From Anaerolineae bacterium (GTDB lineage Bacteria; Chloroflexota; Anaerolineae; UBA1429), in assembly GCA_034436315.1 (NCBI GenBank), contig DAOTVR010000059.1, positions 1 to 50,070 of the forward strand: 50,070 nucleotides of DNA, given 5' to 3'. Of the stretch, positions 1 through 10,172 are shown piece by piece. The notes beneath the pieces are model-generated. The model saw nothing but the letters and a program-made list of their open reading frames with translations. It had not been told where the DNA came from and ran no database searches. Made by a program: the position numbers and the translations under genes. Positions within the stretch are counted from its first letter, which is position 1; each line of letters begins with the position of its first letter.

Positions 1-941
1 AGCTGAACCCCGATATCGTCAACATCCAGTATCAGACGGCGGCTTACGGCATGCATCCGGCGATCAATTTCCTGCCCTGGGTTTTCCGGATGTCAAGGAG
101 ATGCGCCTTTGTGGTGACCTTTCACGATCTTTTGGTGCCGTATCTCTTTCCCAAGGCCGGGCGCGTGCGCTGGGGCGTTAATCTCGCCTTGGCGCGCGCG
201 TGCCAGGGGGTCATCGTGACCAATGTTCAAGACCGGGAACGGCTGAGCGCTTATCCTTGGATGCCTCGGTTGGAGCTTATCCCCATCGGCAGTAATATCC
301 CCTGTGTGCCGCCCAGCGACTATGATCGTGCCTTATGGCGAAGGCGTTGGGGCGTTGACGAGGATACGCTCTTGCTCTGTTATTTCGGCTTTTTGAATGC
401 GAGCAAAGGGGGCGAGGAGCTGATTGCCGCCCTGGATATCCTGTGGCGCTCCGGGCGGCGCACGAGCTTGCTTATGATCGGGGGGACGGTGGGGGCCAGT
501 GATCCCACAAACCGCGCTTATCTGGAGGCCGTGAAACGCTCCATTCGTGAGCGAGGCCTTGAGGAAAGGGTGATCTGGACGGGCTACACGCCCCCTGAGG
601 AGGTCTCGGCCAGCTTCTTGAGCGCGGATATCTGCGTGTTGCCCTATCGCGACGGGGCCTCATTCCGCCGAGGGAGTTTCATGGCCGCCTTGGCGCACGG
701 CATGCCCATCGTCACCACCTGGCCTCAAGGAAGCGTGCCCCAATTGCGGGATGGGGAGAACGTCCTCCTCGTGCCGCCCCAAGATCCTCAGGCCCTCAGC
801 GCGGCCATCCTGCGCTTGGCCGACGATGTGGCCCTGCGTCGGCGACTTCAAGCCGGGGCGCGTGCCCTCGCCGCGGAGTTCGACTGGAGGCGCATTGCGG
901 CCCGCACCTTGGAGGTCTACCATGCTCTCGCAGGGCGTTGA
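1..941 (+). CDS. Glycosyltransferase family 4 (GT-B fold), 5' end cut by window edge
   Basis: The frame is open from nt 3 (LNPDIVNIQYQTAAYG precedes the first Met at 51), so the gene starts upstream of the window. The C-terminal half has the GT4 pattern: LLCYFGFL, GYTPPEEVSASFLSADICVLPY, FMAALAHGMPIVTT, ENVLLVPPQD. Confidence 0.8.
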   Translation, partial: LNPDIVNIQYQTAAYGMHPAINFLPWVFRMSRRCAFVVTFHDLLVPYLFPKAGRVRWGVNLALARACQGVIVTNVQDRERLSAYPWMPRLELIPIGSNIPCVPPSDYDRALWRRRWGVDEDTLLLCYFGFLNASKGGEELIAALDILWRSGRRTSLLMIGGTVGASDPTNRAYLEAVKRSIRERGLEERVIWTGYTPPEEVSASFLSADICVLPYRDGASFRRGSFMAALAHGMPIVTTWPQGSVPQLRDGENVLLVPPQDPQALSAAILRLADDVALRRRLQAGARALAAEFDWRRIAARTLEVYHALAGR

Positions 942-3198
942 GCGTTTGACCTCTGGCTTGCGCTCGCTTTGGGGAGCACATCGGGGGATCGCGCTCATTT
1001 TGGTGGTCTTCTTGCTGGTGGGTTTTATCTACAGCGTGGTCACGCCTGTTTTTGAGGCCTCTGACGAGCTTTGGCATTATCCCTTCGTCAAGCATCTGGC
1101 CGATGGCCATGGCTTGCCTGTTCAGCGCCTGGAGCGAGTTGGCCCCTGGCGGCAGGAGGGCAGCCAGCCCCCCCTCTACTATGCGCTGGGGGCGCTGCTG
1201 ACCCGTTGGATTGATACGAACGATTTGATGGCCGTGCGCCGGCTGAATCCCCACGCGGATATCGGCCGGCTCACCCCCGACCGTAACGTGAACATGGTCG
1301 TGCACGCGCCGAGCGAGCGTTGGCCCTATCAGGGCACGGTGTTGGCCGTCCACCTGGTGCGTTGGATGAGCTTGCTCATGGGGGCGATAACGGTATTGGC
1401 CGGATATCTGCTGGCCCGGCAGGTATTTCCGGGGGATCGGACTGTGGCCCTGGGGACGGCTTGTCTAACGGCCTTTAACCCCATGTACCTCTTTATCACC
1501 GCTTCGGTCAATAACGACGCTCTGGTGGTCATGTTGTGCGCGCTTTCCCTATGGGTCATGACCAGGTATGTCGCGATACGCCCTTCGGTCGTCCAGTGGG
1601 CTGGGCTTGGCGTGCTCTTGGGTTTAGGGAGTATATCCAAGGCCAGCGCTTTGGCGATCCTCCCCTTGGCTGCCCTGGTGGCCATCGGCATCGCCTGGCG
1701 GGAACGCTCTTGGCAGGAGTTGGTCGGGGCCGGGTTAGCTCTTGGTTTACCCGTCGTGCTCATCGGCGGGTGGTGGTACTATCGCAACTGGCGGCTCTAT
1801 CATGACCCTTTAGGCCTCTCCGCTTTCGTGGTCATCGTAGGCCCGCGCTATCCGGTGCCCACGCTGCGCCAGCTCTTGGGCGAATGGTGGGGTTTTATGA
1901 TGTCTTATTGGGGCCTTTTCGGGGGCTTGAACGTCGCTGCGCCGGCATGGGTCTATAGCGCCCTCAGCGCCTTTGGGCTGGTGGGCCTCATGGGGATGCC
2001 GCTCTATATCGCGCGAGCCCACAAGGCCAAGCCCTTCGGTGCGCCGCGTTGGCTTCAGGTGGGGATGGTCGTCCTTTGGCCCGGTGTTATCTTCCTCGCC
2101 CTGATCCGTTGGACACTCATGACCCCCGCCAGCCAGGGGCGGCTGATGTTTCCGGCCCTCACGGCGATCAACCTGTTGATGGCCGGCGGGCTGGCCGGGG
2201 TGATGCCGCGTCGCCTGCGAGCCGTTCCGGTGATCGTGATGAGCGTCCTGATGTTGGGCATTGCCCTTCTATTGCCCTTTGTGAGCATCCGTCCAGCCTA
2301 TGCTGCACCCCGCGTTTTGAGCGCGGAGGACGTTGAGGGCCTTTTTCCCCGCCTGGATGTGACCTTCGGCGACAAAGTGCGCCTTTTGGGTTATACGCTG
2401 GGCGCGGAGCGACTCGCGCCGGGCGATCGGCTAGAGGTGACGTTATATTGGCAGTCTCTGAGCGCGATGAAGGAGGATTACTCCGTTTTCGTTCACCTTC
2501 TGGATGCCAATGAGCTCATCATCGGCCAGCGGGATATGTATCCCGGCCAGGGTAACTATCCGACAAGCCTCTGGGCTCCGGGGGATGTCATTCGGGACAC
2601 TTATATCGTGCCCGTTTCCCCTGTAGCAATGACCCCGAGTGAAGCCCGGCTAGAGGTGGGGCTCTATCTATGGGAGACGGGCGAGCGGCTGCGAGCCGTG
2701 GATGAGAAGGGTGCTGAGATAGGGGATAGTGTGCGCTTTGGTCGCCTCATCCTTCCCCCGCGGGTGGTGAACGGCATCCCCAACCCGGTGTCTTTCAACC
2801 TGGAGGGGCGCGTCGCCCTTGTGGGCTATGAGCTAGAGCCGACGGTAGCCGCGCCGGGGGAGGTCTTGTACCTGAAGCTCTATTGGCGGGCGCTGCGTGA
2901 CCTGGATACGAACTATAGCGTCTTCACCCATGTGCTCGGCGAGCAAGACCGTATCTGGGCGCAGATGGACGGTTGGCCCCAGAGGGGCCAGGCGCCCACC
3001 AGCACTTGGCGCAAGGACCAGCTCGTCATAGATCCCTATGAGCTCAAGGTCGCTGCGGACGCGCCGGCGGGAGTCTATGACCTGGAGGTCGGCATGTACA
3101 CCGCCGATGGCAGGCGCCTGAGCGTACTGGGAGAGGGCGGGCGCGCACAAGGGACCCGAGTGCTCTTGGGCAAGGTGCGCATTGTAGGGGCACGTTAA
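922..3198 (+). CDS. GT-C fold membrane glycosyltransferase (PMT/ArnT, GT39/GT83-like), paralogue 1
   Basis: Track ORF 751..3198. An in-frame ATG at 922 is preceded by GGAGG (911-915) and overlaps the upstream stop. The N-terminal half is multi-TM with the loop motif DELWHYPFVKHLADGHGLP. There are two C-terminal ~110-aa repeat modules (LLGY..LYW..YSVFVHL..YPTSLW). Confidence 0.75.
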   Translation: MLSQGVERLTSGLRSLWGAHRGIALILVVFLLVGFIYSVVTPVFEASDELWHYPFVKHLADGHGLPVQRLERVGPWRQEGSQPPLYYALGALLTRWIDTNDLMAVRRLNPHADIGRLTPDRNVNMVVHAPSERWPYQGTVLAVHLVRWMSLLMGAITVLAGYLLARQVFPGDRTVALGTACLTAFNPMYLFITASVNNDALVVMLCALSLWVMTRYVAIRPSVVQWAGLGVLLGLGSISKASALAILPLAALVAIGIAWRERSWQELVGAGLALGLPVVLIGGWWYYRNWRLYHDPLGLSAFVVIVGPRYPVPTLRQLLGEWWGFMMSYWGLFGGLNVAAPAWVYSALSAFGLVGLMGMPLYIARAHKAKPFGAPRWLQVGMVVLWPGVIFLALIRWTLMTPASQGRLMFPALTAINLLMAGGLAGVMPRRLRAVPVIVMSVLMLGIALLLPFVSIRPAYAAPRVLSAEDVEGLFPRLDVTFGDKVRLLGYTLGAERLAPGDRLEVTLYWQSLSAMKEDYSVFVHLLDANELIIGQRDMYPGQGNYPTSLWAPGDVIRDTYIVPVSPVAMTPSEARLEVGLYLWETGERLRAVDEKGAEIGDSVRFGRLILPPRVVNGIPNPVSFNLEGRVALVGYELEPTVAAPGEVLYLKLYWRALRDLDTNYSVFTHVLGEQDRIWAQMDGWPQRGQAPTSTWRKDQLVIDPYELKVAADAPAGVYDLEVGMYTADGRRLSVLGEGGRAQGTRVLLGKVRIVGAR

Positions 3199-3201
3199 AG
3201 A

Positions 3202-5199
3202 GTGACTGCGTTGATGGGGAGACTATCCTATAAGCGCCTTGGTGAGGACTTGCGGTGGCTAACCAAGCGACACCTCTTGGAGGGCTTGGGGGTGGCGGCT
3301 GTGCTCACCCTTGCCGCTCTGTTGCGCATGGGATGGCCCGGCGTCAACTCCTTCAGCTTTGATGAGGCACGGGTGAGCTTGATGGCCTTGCAGATAGCCC
3401 GTCGCGGCGAATTTGCCCGTGTGGGGATGCCGTCCTCAACAGGCATACCCAATTTCCCCGCGGCTGCCTGGATATTTGCCCTGCCTTATAGGCTCTCTAA
3501 GGATCCTTTGGTAGCGACCTCCTTTGTCGGGCTGTTGGGCACGCTGGCAGTGGCAGGGGTGTGGTGGTTGGCGCGCAAGGCCTGGGGCGCCTGGGCAGGG
3601 CTGAGCGCTGCGCTGCTGTTTGCTGCCTCGCCCTATGCCGTGCTCTACTCACGGGGCATCTGGGGCCAGGATCTGCTCCCCCCGCTTGCCGTGCTGTGGG
3701 CGGTGCTTGGGGTGCTTGGTATCAGCGGGCACAGGGCATGGGCCTTGGCACTTCACGTTTGCTTGGCGGGATTGGCCTTTCAAGTTCATTACGCGGGCAT
3801 CGTCTTGATCCCGGTGACCGCTTGGTTGATCGTTTATTATCGTCTATGGAAGCGTTGGCCGGCGCTACTCCTTGGAGGGAGTGTAGCCGGATTATGTGCT
3901 CTGCCCTTTGTGCTCACCATCTGGTGTTGTGCTCCGGATGTGTTGAACGCTTTGCGGGGCCTCATGCGGCGGCCGGCGAAGGTTGATGGGGTTGCCTTTC
4001 GTCAGGCGGCCGAGATGGGCGCGGGGGTGGATTGGGAGTGGCTGCTCTTGGGGCGGGATTGGCATTGGCCTCGCCTGCTTCAGGTGGGCATGCGAGGAGC
4101 GAGCCTCTTGGCCGCCGTCCTTATTGCCCTGGGCTTGGGGACGCTGATCTGGCGATTTTGGCGCCAGAAGGGCCGATGCGCGGAGGAATGGTCTGCCATC
4201 CTACCCGTCCTAGTGCCTGCCTGGGCGCTTGCGGCTCCGCTGATCTTTACCCGGCATAGCACGCCAGCTTACCATCAGTATCAGTTGGGAGCACTGCCCG
4301 CGTTGTTCCTGGCAGCGGGGGCCGTAGCCGGACTGGGGCGGCGTCGTGTTTGGGGGGCAGTGAGCACCCTCGTCGCTTTGCTTGTGGCGGTGATGCAAGC
4401 CGTACCGCTTGCCAAGGGTTTGACCGTAGTGGCGACGGAGTTGACCCCTGGTGGCCTCGGCACGCCGTTGATGTGGCCTAGCTTCGCGGCCCGCTCCTTG
4501 ATGGATGGCCAGCCCATCGTGGTTCATGCCCACGGCGATTCTCCCGAGTTCTTTGGCGACGTAGCCGGGTTCAGCGTCCTTTTGTGGGATTACCCGCACC
4601 GTATCGTGGATGGACGGTCCGTATTGCTCATCCCCGAGTTGGGGACCGCGGTCTCGTCGGCACATCTTCTGGCCACCTTTGCCGATCTACCCGCGTGGAC
4701 GGAGCTTCAGGCATGTGGGTTGATCGGCGAGGCCCGTTCCTTTCCTCGGCGGAAGGGGGAGCCTCCTTACGTCGCCCTGACCCTTGAAGGGGAGCAGGAG
4801 GTATCCGGCTTTCAGAGGGTCACGCCGCTGAGTTTGGCGAATGGCGCTCGGTTGCAAGGGTGGCGTGTGCGCCAGGTGGAAGGACGCATGAGGGTCAGCA
4901 CGTGGTGGAAGCTGGTCGGCCCGTTGGTCCCCGGCGATTATCACCAGTTCCATCACCTTCATGTGGAGGGAGCTGAGGAACCGATCGTCCGTGACGTACC
5001 CCTTTCCTCTCAGGCCTGGCGGGAAGGGGATACCCTCATCACGTGGGCGGATTTCGAACAGCTGCCGACGACGGGGCTGTTTTGGGTGGATGTGGGGATG
5101 TACACTTGGCCAGAGGTCCAACGCGTGCCCGTTTTGAATCGCGTCGGTGATCCTTTAGCGCCCATCCGTTTGGGGCCTTTCCCGTACCCTAGCGATTAA
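3202..5199 (+). CDS. GT-C fold membrane glycosyltransferase (GT39/ArnT-like), paralogue 2
   Basis: GTG start 4 nt after the upstream stop. Polytopic membrane protein with the first-loop motif FSFDEARVSLMALQIARRGEF, typical of ArnT/PMT-like enzymes. It has one C-terminal soluble module. Confidence 0.7.
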   Translation: MTALMGRLSYKRLGEDLRWLTKRHLLEGLGVAAVLTLAALLRMGWPGVNSFSFDEARVSLMALQIARRGEFARVGMPSSTGIPNFPAAAWIFALPYRLSKDPLVATSFVGLLGTLAVAGVWWLARKAWGAWAGLSAALLFAASPYAVLYSRGIWGQDLLPPLAVLWAVLGVLGISGHRAWALALHVCLAGLAFQVHYAGIVLIPVTAWLIVYYRLWKRWPALLLGGSVAGLCALPFVLTIWCCAPDVLNALRGLMRRPAKVDGVAFRQAAEMGAGVDWEWLLLGRDWHWPRLLQVGMRGASLLAAVLIALGLGTLIWRFWRQKGRCAEEWSAILPVLVPAWALAAPLIFTRHSTPAYHQYQLGALPALFLAAGAVAGLGRRRVWGAVSTLVALLVAVMQAVPLAKGLTVVATELTPGGLGTPLMWPSFAARSLMDGQPIVVHAHGDSPEFFGDVAGFSVLLWDYPHRIVDGRSVLLIPELGTAVSSAHLLATFADLPAWTELQACGLIGEARSFPRRKGEPPYVALTLEGEQEVSGFQRVTPLSLANGARLQGWRVRQVEGRMRVSTWWKLVGPLVPGDYHQFHHLHVEGAEEPIVRDVPLSSQAWREGDTLITWADFEQLPTTGLFWVDVGMYTWPEVQRVPVLNRVGDPLAPIRLGPFPYPSD

Positions 5200-5211
5200 C
5201 GGAGGAAAACT

Positions 5212-7572
5212 TTGCCCAGATCCCATTCGTGCTGCCTGAGGGTCGGGGGTATAATCCTGAACGTGATGAGCCGACTCGTTGCTTTGAGACCTCAGGTGAA
5301 CAATCTGGCCGCTCAAATAGGGTCCTTTTGGCGACGCTACGGGATCATCGCGCTCGTCATGGCGGCGTTCGTCGCTTTGGGGGTTTTCTATAGCGTCACC
5401 ACGCCACTCTTTGAGACGCCCGATGAGCCTTGGCACTATCGCTATGTGAAGCGTCTCGCCGATGGTCAGGGGCTTCCGCCTCTGGCGATCTCAACCGATC
5501 CTTGGGAACAAGGCGAAGCGCATCAGCCCCCGCTTTATTACGCCTTGGGGGCGTTGCTTACGGGCGCGATCGACACGGGTCCGGCGGAGGCGATCTATGA
5601 GCGCAACCCCTATGCTGCCTCAGGGTTGCCCCATTTCCCGGGGAACAAGAACATGGTGTTGCACTTGGACGATGAGGGGTACCCTTATCGGGGGGTGTCC
5701 CTGGCCGTGCACATCCTGCGCTGGTTTTCTGTGCTTTGTTCGGCACTGACCGTGCTCCTGACGTACTGTGTGGTCCTGGAGATCGTCCCTCATCGCCCCG
5801 CTATCGCGGTGGCCTCTGCAACCCTTGTGGCCTTCAATCCCCAGTTCTTGTTCATCAGCGCGGGAGCTAATAACGACTCCTTGGTGGCGTTGTTCACGAC
5901 CTTGACGCTTTATCTCAGCATACGCGTGAGCAACGGCAAGGTGCACCCCTATAGGACGCCAATCCTCTTGGGGATCGCCATCGGTTTGGGGGCGCTCACG
6001 AAGCTGAGCGGCCTGACCTCAGGGCTTTTGGCCCTCGCCGGTTATCTTCTCTATTTTCAGGGTCGCCATCCCCGGCGGGTGTGGGAGGATTTAGTTCGCC
6101 CGCTGCTGTTGACTTTGGCTGTGGCGGCGGCGATCAGCGGTTGGTGGTATGCCCGCAATGCCCTCGTATATCAGGATATTTTCGGCATGCGCGCTCTGAG
6201 CGCGGCGTTTGGCATTCGTTCGGGCCCACTGCCCCTTAAGGATGTCCTTCGCATCCTCTTGGAATCGGTGATTTCCTACTGGGGCGTTTTCGGCTGGATG
6301 AACGTCCTCGCCGATGAAGCCTACTATATCCTGGTGCGCACGGTGTCGCTGTTGAGCGTTTTGGGGCTGGTGCTCGCTCTCGTACAGCTTCGTTGGCGGC
6401 GCACGAATTTACGAGGCTACCGTTGGCGCCCCATCCTGCTCATGTTGCTTTGGGTGGTGGTGATGGTTGCCTCGCTGTTGAGCTGGACCCAGCTGATTAC
6501 GGGCCCACAGGGACGTTTGCTTTTCCCGGCGATTTCTGGGATCTCGTTCTTCCTGGTGATCGGCCTCATGGCTTGGTTCCCCGCCCGTTACGGGTTGGTG
6601 CCTATCTTCGGTTTATCTATGGCCCTGTTCGGGGTCTCGCTCATCGCGCCCTCTCGCTACATCGTGCCGGCTTACGCGCGCCCTGCGCGAATGGCGCTGG
6701 AACAGGTCCCGGCGGGCATTCAGGACCTGAACATCCGTTTCGGCGAAGAGCTGTTCTTGCTGGGCTATGAGTTGCGCGAGGATAGTGTGCGGGTGGGAGA
6801 AGCGTTGCACATCAAGCTCTACTGGCTGGCCCTCAAGCGCATGTCTCATAACTATGCCTTCTATGTGCACGCTTTTGGGCGAGGGGGGGCGCGTATCGGA
6901 GGGGTGGACACCTATCCGGGGAAGGGCAACTACCCGACGCGCCTTTGGTTGCCCGGCGAGGTCATCGCCGACGAATACATTTTGAACATCGCCCAGGATG
7001 CCGAAGCCCCCACAGCGGCGGTCATCCGGGTCGGCGTTTATGTTCCACCGAGCGTAGACAATCTGCCCGCGTGTGATGCTCAAGGGCGAGCGATCAGTCC
7101 CAGTCCCGATATCGCTCGGGTGCGTATTGCCCCTCTCAAGGCCGCTTCCTATCAGCCACAAAAGGAATTGAACATTAACCTGGAAAACAAGGTGATGTTG
7201 ATCGGCTACGATGCGGCCCCGCAGGTGCCCTCCGCCGGCGAGACGTGGGAGGTCGCTCTTTATTGGAAGCCTTTGGCACCGTTGACGCAGGATTATACGG
7301 TCTTTGTGCATCTGGTGAACGAGGCGGGAGAAACAATCGCCTACTTTGATCAACAGCCCCTGGGCGGGGATTATCCCACGCGTTTTTGGCAAGTGGGAGA
7401 GAGCATCAAGGACGTTCATCGTTTGTCATTGCCCGACGATTTGCCGGCGGGGGAGTATCACCTAGACGTTGGGCTCTATTTGCTTGAGAGCGGCGAGCGC
7501 CTGTTCGTTGCCGATACTACCCCACCGCTGAATTTCGTCACGCTTGAGCCAGTGTATATCAAGGGAAAGTAA
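5212..7572 (+). CDS. GT-C fold membrane glycosyltransferase (GT39/GT83-like), paralogue 3
   Basis: TTG at 5212 lies 6 nt after GGAGG (5201-5205). The motif DEPWHYRYVKRLADGQGLP is clearly paralogous to the 922..3198 product. There are two C-terminal repeat modules. Confidence 0.75.
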   Translation: MPRSHSCCLRVGGIILNVMSRLVALRPQVNNLAAQIGSFWRRYGIIALVMAAFVALGVFYSVTTPLFETPDEPWHYRYVKRLADGQGLPPLAISTDPWEQGEAHQPPLYYALGALLTGAIDTGPAEAIYERNPYAASGLPHFPGNKNMVLHLDDEGYPYRGVSLAVHILRWFSVLCSALTVLLTYCVVLEIVPHRPAIAVASATLVAFNPQFLFISAGANNDSLVALFTTLTLYLSIRVSNGKVHPYRTPILLGIAIGLGALTKLSGLTSGLLALAGYLLYFQGRHPRRVWEDLVRPLLLTLAVAAAISGWWYARNALVYQDIFGMRALSAAFGIRSGPLPLKDVLRILLESVISYWGVFGWMNVLADEAYYILVRTVSLLSVLGLVLALVQLRWRRTNLRGYRWRPILLMLLWVVVMVASLLSWTQLITGPQGRLLFPAISGISFFLVIGLMAWFPARYGLVPIFGLSMALFGVSLIAPSRYIVPAYARPARMALEQVPAGIQDLNIRFGEELFLLGYELREDSVRVGEALHIKLYWLALKRMSHNYAFYVHAFGRGGARIGGVDTYPGKGNYPTRLWLPGEVIADEYILNIAQDAEAPTAAVIRVGVYVPPSVDNLPACDAQGRAISPSPDIARVRIAPLKAASYQPQKELNINLENKVMLIGYDAAPQVPSAGETWEVALYWKPLAPLTQDYTVFVHLVNEAGETIAYFDQQPLGGDYPTRFWQVGESIKDVHRLSLPDDLPAGEYHLDVGLYLLESGERLFVADTTPPLNFVTLEPVYIKGK

Positions 7573-7574
7573 AG

Positions 7575-10133
7575 ATGTTCAAAGGAGGTGAGAAAGCAAG
7601 GGGCAAAAAGCAGGGTGCTTTTGATCCCTCGTCCCTCGTCCTTCTTGCCCTGGTGTTGGCCTCTTTTGGCCTACATATGTGGCGTATAGACGCCAAAAGC
7701 ATCTGGTGGGATGAAAGCCTCAGCCTTTTGCGCGCGCGAGGCAGTGTGTCGCAGATCCTCAGTAATCGCATGGACCTCCCTGGCTCCTCTACCGTTGATC
7801 TCCATCCTCCGCTCTATTTTCTGTTGTTACACAGCCTGATGCGCGTCAGCGGCGAGAGCGACCTGGTCTTGCGCTTTCCCTCGGTGGCCTTTGCGGCGCT
7901 CATCGTGCCCTTGCTCTACGTTGTAGGGGTTCGTCTGCGCGGGCCGCGCGCGGGCTTGCTTGCGGCGGCGTTTGGGTCCTTTTCGCCTTTTTACCTGTGG
8001 TATGCCCAAGAAGCGCGCATGTACACCATGGTGACCGCCCTGGGCCTGGCCTCGGTCTATTTTCTTTGGCGGGCCTGTGTGGAGCAGAGGCGATCTTGGA
8101 GCCTGGCTTTTGGCCTGGCGGCTGCAGCGGCGTTGGCGAGCCACTATCTCTTTGCGCTCGTCCTCGTTTGCGAGGCGCTTTTGGCCTATTTTCTATGGCC
8201 CCGAAAGCGGGATATCCTTGACTTTGAGGGCACGACCGAGCCTGGGCGGCGACGCCGGGGCGCCTTGTTTTGGGGTGTAGCGGTTTTGCTGTTCGTGCTC
8301 GTGCCGATCGGCTATTGGATCGGGAGCCTGGCCTTGTGGCCCAAAGCGGGGCGCTGGTACGTCCCTTTAGAGATCATGCTGCGTGATGCATTCAACTCCT
8401 TTGCGCTAGGGTTATCGGTGGATCTAGGCGATGTTTGGGCTCTGGATATCGCCTTCTTTCTCGTTTACCTCGTGGGGATCAGCTCACTTTGGCTCAAGCC
8501 TCCGCGCATTATGCCCGCTAAGACCGTGAGCTCCATTCGACGTGCCCGTGGTGCCGGCCTTGTGGTCTTGGTAGGGTATATCGTCTTGCCCATTCTCTTC
8601 ATGTGGCTCTACTCGCTCTTTGCCCCCATTTACATGGGGAGTCGCTATGTGATGATGTGCAGCCCGGCCTTTTATCTGGGATTGGGCATAGGCTTGGACG
8701 CACTGGCCGACTGGAAACGCCCTCTCGCCGGCCTCGTCGGGCTCGCCTTGCTTGCGGGGATGGGTTTCTCCGTTTACCGCTACTTTTACGCTGAGCAGTA
8801 TCGTACCAAGGAAGACTATCGTTCGGCCGCACTGTCTATTGAGGCCAATGAACGGGTCAACGACGTGATCATCGTCACTGCGCCGGAGAACGTCGCCGCT
8901 TTCACCCACTATTACCGGGGTCGCTTGCCGGTCGTCCCCGTGCCCAGCGTCTCCCTTGCGGGAAGAGCCGACCCCGCGCGTGTGGCGAGCGAACTGATGG
9001 CTCTCACGCGCTCCTATGATAGGTTGTGGCTGGTCCATTGTCGCACCATGTTCTCTGATCCGGAGGATCTGGTGATGAAATGGCTAGATAGCCACACCCT
9101 GCGCCTGGAGCGCAAAGTGTTCTCCAGCTATGGCTCTAGCGTGACGCTGAGCGCCTATTTGCCGCGTTCGCCCGTTTTGTCTGAAGAGGAGCAAATCATC
9201 CTCGCCGATCCCGTGGGGACCTTTGAAGGCAAGTTGCGGCTTCTAACCTATACGCTGCGCTATACCGACTCGGATGGAAGGACCTGTCAGATCACCGGGC
9301 AAGAGGCACGAAAGGGCTTGGAGGGATCACCGGCTTCTGCGCCGCAGGCCATTCCCAGTGGCGGGGTCGTCTCGGTGATTTTGCTCTGGCAACCACTGGC
9401 CAAGTTGGACGTTTACAAGACTTCCCTGCGCCTGGTGGATGCGCAGGGCCTCATCTGGGCACAGCGGGATCGGCTGCCCTTTGAGCTTCTGCCGACGAGC
9501 GAGTGGCCCCTTGGGGCACAGATCAGGCACGAGGCCGATCTGCCGATCCCTCCCGGGACGCCCCAGGGCGTTTATCGCCTTCAGCTTTGGCTGTACGAGG
9601 AAGCCGGCGGGCGTTCGCTCACCTTTTGTGAGCCCACACAGGAGCGGCCTTGTGTGGAGCTGGGGCCGGTCTCGGTGGGACCAATGAGGCGAGTCTATAC
9701 CTTGCGCGAGTTCTTGCCTCCGGAGGCGCAACGCCTAGGCTGGAACACCTTGTTCGGGGGGAAGTTGGAGCTCCTCGCTTGTGACCTGGCTCCCCTTTCC
9801 CTCAAAGCCGGGCAAGAGCTTGAGCTGCACTTGTATTGGCGTATGCGCCAGGATATCTCTCAGGATCACGAGGTCGTGCTCAATTGGGTGGATACGAAGG
9901 GTAAGGTCTGGCATACGAGCTACCACGAACTGATGGGCGCCAAGGGCCTGCGAGCCAGCGAGATGCTCCGAGGGCTGATCAGGCTCTCTGCGCCAACCGG
10001 TATCCCCCCTGGAAGATACGGTTTACACCTGCTCGTATTCGCCCCCGAGAGCCGGCGTTTCCTTTGGCTGCGGCGGGGGATCGTCCCCTACGTTGGCCGC
10101 GATCTGAAGCTCGCCGAGGTGAACGTGGAGTGA
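7575..10133 (+). CDS. GT-C fold membrane glycosyltransferase (GT39/ArnT-like), paralogue 4
   Basis: ATG lies 2 nt after the upstream stop. Motifs IWWDESLSLL and DLHPPLYFLLLH sit in a multi-TM N-terminal half. The C-terminal half carries two degenerate copies of the same repeat module. Confidence 0.7.
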   Translation: MFKGGEKARGKKQGAFDPSSLVLLALVLASFGLHMWRIDAKSIWWDESLSLLRARGSVSQILSNRMDLPGSSTVDLHPPLYFLLLHSLMRVSGESDLVLRFPSVAFAALIVPLLYVVGVRLRGPRAGLLAAAFGSFSPFYLWYAQEARMYTMVTALGLASVYFLWRACVEQRRSWSLAFGLAAAAALASHYLFALVLVCEALLAYFLWPRKRDILDFEGTTEPGRRRRGALFWGVAVLLFVLVPIGYWIGSLALWPKAGRWYVPLEIMLRDAFNSFALGLSVDLGDVWALDIAFFLVYLVGISSLWLKPPRIMPAKTVSSIRRARGAGLVVLVGYIVLPILFMWLYSLFAPIYMGSRYVMMCSPAFYLGLGIGLDALADWKRPLAGLVGLALLAGMGFSVYRYFYAEQYRTKEDYRSAALSIEANERVNDVIIVTAPENVAAFTHYYRGRLPVVPVPSVSLAGRADPARVASELMALTRSYDRLWLVHCRTMFSDPEDLVMKWLDSHTLRLERKVFSSYGSSVTLSAYLPRSPVLSEEEQIILADPVGTFEGKLRLLTYTLRYTDSDGRTCQITGQEARKGLEGSPASAPQAIPSGGVVSVILLWQPLAKLDVYKTSLRLVDAQGLIWAQRDRLPFELLPTSEWPLGAQIRHEADLPIPPGTPQGVYRLQLWLYEEAGGRSLTFCEPTQERPCVELGPVSVGPMRRVYTLREFLPPEAQRLGWNTLFGGKLELLACDLAPLSLKAGQELELHLYWRMRQDISQDHEVVLNWVDTKGKVWHTSYHELMGAKGLRASEMLRGLIRLSAPTGIPPGRYGLHLLVFAPESRRFLWLRRGIVPYVGRDLKLAEVNVE

Positions 10134-10172
10134 AGGGGCTCTGTCTAGGGCGTTTGGCATTTCATACTCGGG

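Noticed and set aside
751-921. N-terminal 57-aa extension of the first GT-C ORF (track start 751)
   Set aside because: It overlaps the 3' end of the GT4 gene in another frame and has Arg/Pro-rich composition. The ATG at 922 has a GGAGG and begins the hydrophobic N-terminus.
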